From NCBI GenBank assembly GCA_004764695.1, contig SMSO01000033.1:868001-932000 (forward strand): a stretch of 64,000 nt of DNA, written 5' to 3'. Positions 25,601 through 37,600 of this stretch are shown one piece after another. This stretch comes from Schizochytrium sp. TIO01. Its lineage: Eukaryota > Protista > Bigyra: Labyrinthulomycetes. The position numbers were made by a program, and so were the translations under genes. Every line of letters begins with the position of its first letter. The stretch's first letter is position 1. Under the pieces are notes generated by a model. That model was not told the origin of the DNA. It saw only the letters and a list, made by a program, of their open reading frames with translations, and made no database searches.

Positions 25601-28600
25601 CCACCGAATTCGTCAGCAATTGAACGTTGCGTATGGACACCAAAAATGTTAGGAAGTTTTTCAAGCTCTGTCTGTAATTCTGCAGCAGTCATGCTGTACG
25701 TCAGATCATCACCATATGGGTCCAAGATAGTTGCAGAAGACTCATAGGTGTTAGTAGTAGGTACCCACAACCTACACTCTGTGTTGCTGCCTGGTCCATT
25801 AACAACACTTATAGATGCCGAGGGCTCTGCAGGGTCGATAAATACGACTGTGTATGAAAAACTGGCATCAGCAGATTCAGATGACCGAACAACCTCGACA
25901 TCAGATATGCCCGAAAGGGCCTCGAGCGCGGTTTCCACTTCAGCCTCAGTTGCATCAAAACTCAAACATGTAGATGAGGTGTCCCCATCAAATTCAACTT
26001 GGAACCCTCCAACCGTAGGAAATTCACCATCACCATCAACTTGATAAAATCGAAGAACTTGTTTCTCTTGAGCAGTGGTGAAGGTATGGCTTACACCATT
26101 CACTGGACCGGTAAAGGACAATGAAAGAGTACCAGTGCTGATGGTTGTTGAGCTTGTCGTCTGAATAGTTTGAACCTCACGTAGGTCTGTACAACTTGTT
26201 GTAATTGTCTGGATTTCGTCAATGTGCGTTGCTGCAAGGGTCACTCGTTGAACTTCATCCTGGTGCAATGCGTAATCTACCGAGCGTAGGTCAGGAGCAT
26301 TAGGAATGCCTCGTGGGAACTCCACTGGGTTGTCGGTAGAAAATTCACCAAGCCCCAAACTGTTACGCAAAGCAACCCTGAATACATATGGTAAACCCGT
26401 ATCGAGGCCTGTGACAGTGTATTGATCAGGCAGGACACCCTGGATAGCTTCGAAGACAAGAACATCAGCATCAGTGCCTTGCAAGCCTGTAATTACGCTC
26501 TCCATGTTATCCAAATCTCCAAGGTTTGTCCCGAAATTTACAGTCCACCGGTGACCTGAAACCTTGTACAGGGCCAACCCAGATTTCGACCAGCCACTAT
26601 AAGTTGTTGGTGAATTAGCGTCCCCAGAAATTACTTCTCCAGTAACACGAGAAACCTCACCCAAATACAAACGATTTTCTGTGCCATCAAGGACTGTGGC
26701 GTAGTTTAATGTTAAGTCATCACCCACCAATGTACCAACATTTGGTACAAGCTGAGGCACATCACCCATCACTGAGCTACCAATGAAAGTAATGAGCCAT
26801 GTTGAACCTTCCAACGTAGAGTCCGTTGGATCTGAACGAGACACCTCTACGTTGTAGGCGCCGATGTTAGGTAATGCCCAAAGACGCTCAAGTAGTGAGC
26901 TCTCGCCATGGTCCAGGGACGGATCAATAGAGCCTGTTGTGTAACTACCCTTTACTGCGCACATGCTGCAGTCTGTAGTATTAAAAGTAACAGTCATGCC
27001 AGTCCCAAGATTTCCTGGGCTAGTGCGCGCATCCACAAGATTTGTCCAATCGCATGCATCTTGAATGATTTCGAGAGGGTAAAGGCCTGTTGTTGCATCG
27101 AAAGTTACAGTATAGGTGATTGTGGTTGAAGTCGTTGATTTGACCACACTAGTTACTGTCTGACTTGAGACTGCTTCAATATCTGCTAGAATTGTACTTT
27201 CGTCAGAGGTCCAATCCAGACAAGAACTACTAGTGCTACTGCTGTATTGAAGTTTATAGGTGGCAGTTGTTGTTAAATCAGTTGTATCAGCAACTTGCAA
27301 GGTAAAAGACTGCGTTATCAAGTCATCTACAACAACAATCTGCTGGATTTCTTTACGTAGTGGACCCGCAAGGGATGAGTCGCCCTCTACCAGAGTGGAC
27401 GCTTCGAGATACTCATCCGGGCTAAAGGACGTGCAGCCAGTAGTTGTGATCTCAAGCTGTTCCTGATCGCCTATAAAATCCACCCCATCAAAGTAAATAC
27501 TGTAAACATAACCTGCGCTGGGGGAAGCGACACTGGCTACGCGACGCGTCACTTTAACACCTTCTGAGACACCATAAAGGTCTAAAATGGCCGCTTCCAC
27601 ATCGGCTTCACTGGAATCAAAGTTGAGACAGCTAGTTCCACTTGTATAAGTAGACGAGTAGATTTTAAATGTACCAGCTGTGATTGTATCAGAACCAGAA
27701 GCACTAGTTGCAGTAAGAACTTGAACTTCAATACCTTCATTCAGAACAGTAAATACAGGTGGTACCAAATAAATATTCGCCTCAGAGTTTGTTTCACCGG
27801 TAAAGACTCGATCTAAAGTTAATGTGTTCGCTGTGCCACCCTGTTGCACCTCTGATATTGCGAAACTACCTGCGCTGAGGGATGTGCATAATGCTGTGGT
27901 GCTGCCGTCTTCGAGATCCGTGACATCTCCATCAAAGTTATCTCCAACGAAAAAGATTGAGTACAAGTAGCCCGTGCTGGCAACATATTCGCGAGTCACG
28001 ATCACATCATCAATTCCATCCAAAAGCTCTAGAGCACTCTCAAGTTCTTCTGCGGTCGCATCAAATGGCAGGCAAGTAGACGTCTCGTCAAGATACTGCA
28101 GAGCGAATTCGCCTGACGCAGGTTCTCCTGAGAAAGCTACAGACTCAACTTCCACACCAGTGCTGATGATTTGGTAGACGCCATTGTCGATGCGAACATA
28201 GTCGTCCTCCGCAATGATCGAACGGAGGTTCGAGCTAGTTGTGACCGTAGCAGAGCCAACAGTCATCTGCCCGGTAGCAGAGGCTATCAAAACATCCCCA
28301 GTGATGCCAATATCGTTATCTCCATTGGTTCCGAGACCAGTTGCACCACCAACACGAATCAGATCTCCTCGGGAAATATAGGAATAAATGTCGGCAGTGA
28401 CATCCAAAAATCTCGAACCCATCTCAACAGAAGCCGTCCCTGGAAGAGGCTCCATGAAGGCGAGCGATCGTTGGGTTGTGACGGTTCCAATACTATCAAT
28501 GAGTTCGAGTTGAGTCTTCAAATCTACAGCACTAATGTCGTATGAAAGTGCATCGGTGGTTTGCCCGTCGTAGCTAAGCCTGAAATAACCGGAAAGCGGA

Positions 28601-31600
28601 GTGCTACCAGACACGGTTTCACCAACTGAAACACTAGCTCCAGTTCCAGTGAGGTCTGTGTCGGTCCAGGAAAGAGCAGAGATGTCCCCAGAACCAGGAG
28701 GCCAGGTTTCTCCTTCAAATACGCCAGGATTCCGAAGATAAGAGATCCTCCAAATGTAGCCGCCGACATCTCCATCTGTGGTAGCCACGGCTCCCCAACC
28801 ACCAGTAGAAGCATTAGGATATACGTCTCGCACGACGCGGACATCGACAAGTTCATCAATCTCCCGAAGTTTTCGTGCCACCTCTTCAGGGTCTTCATCA
28901 AAACTAATAGTCCGCACAATATCAGAGGTATCCTCCAACACAAGAGTAAATTCACCACCAAGGCTTACAGATCCAGCCTCGTCTTCATTCACTGCAAATG
29001 AACGGGTGGATCCTGAATCAGTCTCAAACATGAATGTCGTATCTAGAGTGATAGTGTCCATGTTTCCAGCTCCCGGGGGAGTCTGATTTGGGTTCTCTGT
29101 AAAACGGATCGTCCAATAGCGAGCTCCGTATTTGTTCACTCTAGCCGACTCTACATCAACACTCTTCACAGCACTTAACGCTTCAAGCGCTGCATCAACT
29201 TCATCACTTGTAGCATCCCAAGAAAGCGGTACAGTAGCTTCTCCGCCTAGACTCATCGTAAAAGTGCCTCGGAGAATGTTACCCTTTACTTGTTCTGAGA
29301 CGGCCATAGTCGTACCTGTACCAATCAGATTTCCATAATTTGGAACAAGTTCTGGAACATCACCAGCGCTCAGACAAAGCTCATCTGCGGCGCAAACATC
29401 TCGCAAAAATGTAACAGACCATGTGTATGATCCTGCTTGACCAGACCCCGAATGATGAGCATCGACGGCGTCACGCGTGACCGTAACGTCCCCAATATTG
29501 CTCATAGCTTCCAAGATTTCTTCAATGCTTTCACCGTATCGATTGCTTGATGCCGCTGCAGCCGCGGAAGGTGGCGCATTGTGAGCAATCGAGCCAGAGG
29601 TTATGGATGCCCTGTTATACATAAAATCTGATGTGGTAGAGTCCAACGTTAAAGTGAAATAGCCTGCGAGTGGCAAACTTCCAGCCTCGTACTCGGCAAC
29701 ATCGCAAGTCACCGACTGCCCACTAACCTTGGCTTGAAGACCAGAGGTCACGCATCCAACATTGGAAATATCTCCGACGTTCATGCCCCAAGCTTTGGAA
29801 AAGCCGGAGTCCCAATTGTCATTTCCATGATCAGTGCCATCATGCACAGCACCATTCGTAAATGTAACAGTCCAAACGTAACTTTCCGTCTGTGACATTG
29901 TTCCTGATTGACTGCGATAGACACTGACTGTGCCAATATCTGAATGTGATTCGAGGGCCGATTTAAGTTGAGCCGCTGTGACATCATGTGCAAGAGGAGC
30001 AGTATTCTCACCCATGTACTGGATCATGAAGTTGCCATCAATTTCATTACCGTTCGTATCTGTTGAAATCGATATTGCTGCACCCTCTCCAGTGAGTTCA
30101 CTACATGAGCCAGTGTCAGCCCAGACCATTTCTTGATTGCATGTATTTCCAGTTGTATCACACACAAAGCTTGCACAGCCAGTTGTATCAATTCCAAATG
30201 AGTACGACGGATACTCAGGGTCAACAAAGCTCACAACATACGTGTGACCGTAATTTGAACTTGAACTTGTCACATCCCCTGAACGCTCAACGAAAATATC
30301 GATACTAAATGCAGTTGACAAAGTGCTTTCGAACAGAGTTTGAGAAAGATCCCAACTCAGACAGCTTGTCTCTAGACCGTTGTAGGTTATCTTAAACTTT
30401 CCAGTTTGAACAGCGCCATCTGCTGCGGTTGTTAATGTTTGGACACTTTGGCAAGTATCAGGAACGTCAAGCTCAGGTACATCACCACCAACACCGCTAC
30501 CCACAAAAGTAATTGTGTAGCTGGAGCCACTGGCAGGGCCCAAAGCACTGCGAGTTACAGTGACATCATCAATATTGCTTAAACCCTCCAGGGCAGCCTC
30601 CAGGCCTCCTGCGGTAATGTCAGCGCTTAAAAAGTCAGTCTCGTCAGTTGTAAGACCGTCTTTCGAAGTAAACGAAAGCTTGAACTGACCGCCAACTTCG
30701 TTTCCTACACGAAGGGTATCAGCCACAGCAGCGACAGAGCTTGAACCGGAAACTTCGCTCAACCCAGTCGTGGATTCGATTTCAAGCTGCTTGACATCAG
30801 AGCGAAGAGTTGTGTATTCAATTGTCCAAGTGTAGCCGCCAGTCCAGCTATTGCTGTCAGCAGCAGGCACGTACTGTTCACGTGTTACAGCTAGTGTTCC
30901 CATGCCACTCCATGTACTTTCAAGTTTAGACTTCAACGAGGTTTCAGACTCATCCCAATCAACTGAAACACTTGTCGAACCATCGTCCCAGGTAACTGCA
31001 AAATTACCGCTGATAAAGTTTCCATCAGTTGTTGAAGAAACCGAACAAGTGATTCCAGTACCGGGCGAAGTTCCATAAGTGGTATCGTCAACACGAATAT
31101 CAGCAGCAACAAAATTTGCGCATGATAAGTCTGGCATATCACCAGAGTTTCCTTGGAATGTAATTGTATATTGCACGCCTCCGACACCATCATTCAGTGA
31201 TGTCTTAAGTACCGCTACGGGCGCGTAGATATTAGACATGCTCTCAAGTTTTTCTTTGATAGAGGTTCCTGCACCACTGGTCTCATCAGGTGCGTCGACC
31301 TGAATGCTTGCAGAAGTAACCTCCCCAAAGCCTGTTGAAACTGAAGCGGATGAATCATCGTAAGCTAATGAGTAGGTTCCAGAGTGGTCGATTTCATTAC
31401 CTTCGACAGTAGTCGATGGATGCGTAGGAAGACTCGGTGCATCGCCTGTTAGAGATACTGTAGTGACCGTAAGTACTGTGGCAGGGAGGTTACCAGTTAC
31501 ACCCGATCCTGAGAATGAAATACTCCACGTTTTACCCTCACCATCAGCACCTTCATGTTTGGTTTCAACGACTGTCACATCCATATTTGTGAGTGCGTTG

Positions 31601-34600
31601 AGTTTTGACTCAAGGTCACCGTCGATAGTAACGTCAATTGTTGCACTTGTTTTGGTAGACTTTTCAGTGCAAAGATAACATGCTGTTGTATCTGCGACCA
31701 GTTTAAAAGAACCTGCCAAATTTGTGCTTGTTACAGATACTGGATTTGTTGGGTTACAAGCCGAACCTCCGCAAGTGAATGAAGTTCCACATGTACCATA
31801 CACGGAGAGGTCCTCAGGGTTAGAGGGAGAAGTAAATGTAACTGAATAATCTGCGGCGCTAGCTGTGAGCGTGTCTTGTACAACATTCACAGCAAGGCTA
31901 TTACTACTGGCATCGAGAAGGTTCTCAATGGCCGATTTGACAGAGAGGTTGTCTGAACCAGTTGCATCTGCATCCCATGGAATACAACGTGTCAGACGAG
32001 GGGTGGTGTATGAACCGTACTCTAGTTGGTACCCAGAGTGAATTCCCTCAGTATCTGTAGAAATCGAAATGGTAGGGGAATCGCCGGTCAGTGAATTGGT
32101 AACCACCACTAGCTCCGGTACATCACCTCTCACATTTGATCCAGAGAAAGTAATCGTAAAAATGTAACCCTCACCGTCAGACTGTGCAGTGCGGGAAACT
32201 TGAAGATTTCCGCTTCCAATGTTTGACAGAAGTTCAAGTTGTGTTTTGATATCAGTCAAACTCAATGGATCAATAGCGGCCGTTGTTTGAGACGAGAGCT
32301 CGTTACATAAATCACATCCTGATGATGTGTCAAATTGCAACGTGAAAGTACCATCAAGGTTGGTACTGTCCAAAACAACTTGCTCAGACGTGCATTCTGC
32401 GCTTCCGCAGTAGAATGTGTCACACGTTCCGTCAGTGACAACAGACAGAGCATTCGGCTCGGTAGGTGATGAAAAGACAATCGACATATCATAGTCTTGA
32501 TTTGCAGAATTTATTGTCATGGAGGTAGTAACATCAACTCCAGTGAGTGCATCTAGTTTTTCCTCAAGCGAGGATGCCGTTTCGTCGAACCGAATGCAGC
32601 GTGATGTTTCAGAACCATACATAAGCTGGAATGCACCATGATTTCCTTGTGTAGGAGTACTTAAAGTGATAGTACCCGCGTTTGTTAGACTACTAGAATA
32701 AGTCATCGTAGGCACGTTGCCGTAATATGCCGGAAAAGTGACATCCACGATATAACTAGTACTTGTAGTACTTCCCGTGATAGAAACAGAAACAGACGGG
32801 TCATTGGTAAAGAGTGATAGTGCATTGAAAGCATTTTGAACTGTACTTGCATCGTCAGATGTCACATCAACGGTTACAGATGCATCTGATGTACTATCGA
32901 GAAGATGTTCGCCGCTACTCGCTGGGATAGTCAGCGTAAAAGTACCTGAGAGGGTACCACTTACTGGGATAGTAATTTTTTGGTGCTCAGCAGTCGAGTC
33001 AAATGCAGATGCAGCCGTCACTGAGACAACCTGGGTGCTTCGTGGTTCCTTGACTTGAATAATTTGAACTTCAGACTCCCAGTCAATATCCGCATCTGCA
33101 GCGACATTGATGGTTTGTGTAGTCCTCATCTCTGTAAGAACGAGTTCTTGAACCTCATCAACATCAGTACCAGTAATCGTCAAAACTTGAATCTCATCAA
33201 TATGATCAGCAGATGTAACTAGAGTTTGTAACTCGTTGATATCATCCGCAAAGATTGAAACGATCTGCTCCTCGTCTACGTCGGGCGTTGAAGTGGTAAT
33301 AGTTTGAATCTCTGGTGTTACACCGTCGCAGTCTGTGGAGATGACTTGTACTTCATTTACTCCGACGACGCTACTGGTTACAGTTTGACGTTCATTGGTC
33401 ACTTGAACTGTGGCAATGATTTCCTGAACCTCGTTCGTCACAGCTGCAAAGGTAGCTAAGACCTGAGTTTCATGTAGAATAGGGACCGTAGCGCTACCGA
33501 GACTCTGTGTTGTTGTTGTGATTGTGGCACTACCTCCCGCAAACGATGTACATGGCGATTGGTCTTCTGCCAGAACAAGTTCATAAATAGGATCAACAGG
33601 GTTTCGAAAACGTACTTGCCATGTGCGCCCATACGAAGAAGGCTGTTCAGTGAGAATGACGCTTACATCCGTGATACCAGTGAATTGAGTTTCCAAAGCC
33701 GCCTCCATCTCTGCAGCAGTTGCTTGAAATGACACACATGATGACATTGTTTCCGCTCCAAATCCAAGCAAGAAGGTTCCTGCAGTAAGAGTAGCATCTG
33801 CAGAAAGCACCACAGATTGCAGAGAGTCAAAATCTGCACTTGGGTCCCACTCAACCTCAAGAGACTCGAGAGATCGTCCTCCATCGCTATAGGGAAGATC
33901 CCAAGTCAATGTGATGGAGGTATCCGATGCGACAGTGGCTTGAACATTGGTGGGCTTGGGTGGAACCTGATCAGCTGGAATCGCTGTAGCCGGTGTTGTA
34001 ACAATCGGTGGTCCATAACCAAGAGAGTTCATAGCAGTGACACGAGCGGAATAGTTTGTGCCTTCTAGAAGTGGGGAGTCCTCTGCACCAGTGAGGATAT
34101 TACGGCTCCCAATAAGGTACTCATAAGTTGAACCACTCACCATTGCGTATTTTGCTGCTGGTGGCTGTGTAAAATCTGTGTCCCATTCGACCAAATATGC
34201 GGTAATCGGGCTTCCACCATCGCCACCGTAAACGGCTAAGTCTGGATTCGGTGCAGTCCACTCCACCAAGAGTTGGACACCACTAACAACTGTAAGTGTG
34301 GCAGTCTCAGGCGCACTGGGCAATCTCAGGCGTGGAGAGGCCGAAGATGGCGCACTACTTTTGAAAGGGCCTGAACCACGGCGATTGATTGCACGGACGC
34401 GAACGTAATATGCATGAGTAGTTGTCAAGTCAATGTTGTAAAAGTAGGGCGAGCTGAGATCAACTGTAACTGGGAAGTTGACAAAATAATTGCTTGTTGC
34501 GATGTTGCCAAAGTTAACATCGTAGTCCCACTCAATGCGGTAAGATTGAATATCAAGACCACCATTGTCGGTGGGGGGTGTCCAGACCACCTTGATCTGT

Positions 34601-37600
34601 GTACCGCTCATTGTCATCACGGAAACGGATGCAGGAGCCCCTGGAATACCCGAGGGTTCTTCCGCAGCTGATTGATCGCTTGCTGGCCCGCGCCCGATAG
34701 CATTTATTGCTGTTACACGAGCTACATATGATTCACCTTTGGTAAGGCCTGTGATTGTGTGATTGTAAGATCCTGCACTGGCAACAGGGAATGTGTAACT
34801 TCCATAATTTGTAGGTAAAACACCTAGTAATGTGCTTGAAACCATTGCTCGAGCACTCGGGCCTGTCAATTGACTCCAATCCACACTCATTAGCTCAACA
34901 GGGCCACTCGTGCCAGTAAAAGTAACATGCCAGTCATAACCATAGCCATTAACCACACGAGATACATCTACTACAGAGATGGTCTCCAAGCGTTCTAAAG
35001 CGGCCTTGACAGTGGCAGCTGTAGCATTAAACACGAGAGGAGGCGTTCTGTCTTGCTTCCCAGATGCAGGGTCTCTGTAACCGAGTACAAATGTACCACT
35101 GATCGGCTGAAGTCCTTCTTGCTCTTCAACTGTGCGAAGGACAACATTAGGTCCAATCCAGCCAGATGCAGCAACAGGTTTTAACACCGGTTGATCCCCA
35201 ATGTGCCCGGTGCCGAATGTAACTGTCCAATCATAACCATAGCCCCATTTGAACACTTTAATTGAATCCGTGGGAAGGGTTCCCGAAAAGGCAGCTGCAA
35301 CAGACGAGTCGCTCTCCAACCCGAGGTATACTACATTTGAAGTCATAGCTGTACAGCTACCTTGGCAGACAGTAAAGACCTGATCGGCAACCCAGATCAG
35401 ATCACCTGCTGAGAGAGATGAAAAACAGCCCGAATCCACACAGCTCAAATAGTTGCTTGAAACCGTGACTGTGCCAGGGATGGCAACCTTTGATGGAGAG
35501 CGACTTACATCAACTGTTCCAATGGTGCCCATTCTCTCCAGAATATTTTGAACTTCGCTGGCACTATCATCCCACATTATCTTCTCGGATCTTTCTCCTT
35601 CGAAATCGACGTAGAAGCCTCCTTGAATGGTACCTTCAGCGAAGCTCGTAATACGTTGAATTTCCGGGGTACCCGCCAGCGCGGAAGTAGTAATTGTTTG
35701 CTCAGCGGGAACACCAGCACCTGTATACCATTCTAAAAGCATTCCAGTCACAGGCAGTCCTGTTACACCTTGAGAAGGAGCCTTGAAATGGAGTGTCAAA
35801 CTTGTAGCAGAAGCAACTGACAGAGATGGTGTCTCTGGCTGATCTGGGCTATCCACTGGTGTAACTGAGGCTACATAAGAAACAGGCCCAAAGCTAATCA
35901 AGTTATCAGCTAGGGTTCTCACATAGTATGTTGTACCTGTTGTAAGTTCATCAATCCAAATTTCGAGGGGATCTGTTCCTCTGATCATCTCAGAAACTTC
36001 AACTTCTGCAAGCAAGCCATTCAGTCCACTTGAATCGGCGATCAGCAATCCGATATTGCCAGCGCCTTGAATTATCTCATCCACTAGGTGAGTAAATTCA
36101 ACAGTCCATACAACACCTTCTGTCTCGTCAGTTCCGGGAACAGTGCGAATGATATTCACAGTGTGAATTGTAGGCAACAGCTCTAAGGCGGTCTTGACGG
36201 CTGATGCGCTAGCATCGTAGCTAATTGATCCAGTTGTGTGACCTTCAAAGGTGAGAGTAAAATCTCCAGAAAGAGCAGATAAAGCTTTAGTTCGAATGGA
36301 TTGTTTCTCCATGGTGTATTGACCAGGATAGATATCTGCTGAGCCAGCAACAATTTCTGATACAACAACACGAGCGTTGTAGCCGGTAAGTTTTGTGTAA
36401 TCAGCCTTTAATAGACCCAAATTACCACGAACACCAGTAAACGTTACAAGCCATTCGTACCCGTTCCCAAGACTTGTACGAGATACCTGGACAGGGTTGC
36501 TTCCCTCGCGATATGCTCCAGTGATAATTTGAAGTTCCTCGGCTAAAACTTCTGCACTAATATCAAAATCAAGATCATTTGTCTCGCGACCACCCCATGT
36601 GAGTGTAAAAGTTCCTTCAATATCATCAGCTTGTGCGGCAGTGTAAATACGTTGAACCTCATCTACGATCTCTACACGCATGCTTTGCATGTATGCAGAA
36701 TCAAAGCCTGATTGGGTGTCCCACTCAATTTCAACAGATGTGATCAAGGCTCCACCATCATGAAGCGGCGCCTGATACTCGATCATAGCAGATGTAGCAG
36801 TTGTAAAGCGACCTGCAATAAGACTAGTTGGGGCAAGAGGGGGGACACCAACACTGGGAGTTTTGGCGGTTGCAACGATTGTCTCGCCGAGGCCTGAAGT
36901 GGCACTTTTTGCTGTAACACGAACTTCATACGTTGTATCCTCAGCAAGTGCAGCATAAGTCGAAGTAAAGGCAGAGTTAGCATAGCCATCACGAGGCGTG
37001 TCGATAAGCACCTCAGCATTACTCAATGCGCTTGCATCGCTGCATGATTGAACGCTACCAATACCTTCCAGAGTGAGAGTGGTAATAGTCGGAGACGAGT
37101 ACTCATCACCCCAAAAGTATACAGTGTATAAGTAACCATACAGAGAAGCTGAGAGTCCAGTGCCCTTTCGAGTTACTGTGACACGGTCAATGCCAGTCAA
37201 AGACTCCAGCGCCGTCTTCATCTCACCGGCTGTTGCTTGCCAAGAGATACAGGTGCTAGATACGGCACCACCATAATTCAATTTGAACCCAGGAGTGCCA
37301 GGATCAGCTGTTGCACGCGTGCGAATAGTCTGGACCTCACTCCGGGAACCGAGCGTCAACGTTCTAGGCTTTCGTCCAAATGGTCCCTTGACTTTCAACG
37401 ATACACCAGTGCCGAGCCAGTCAGTTTCGGGTACTGCTCGAAAAGATTCAAGAATATGGACATCATCTTCCACAACGACCACTTCCATCAGAATAGTCCA
37501 TGTAAACCCGAAAGCATTGACCTCGACATCGACGCTTCCAGATGTCGATCCTGCAGACCACGCAGTAGCAAGTGGCATGGAGTTTGACAAACAAGTATCA

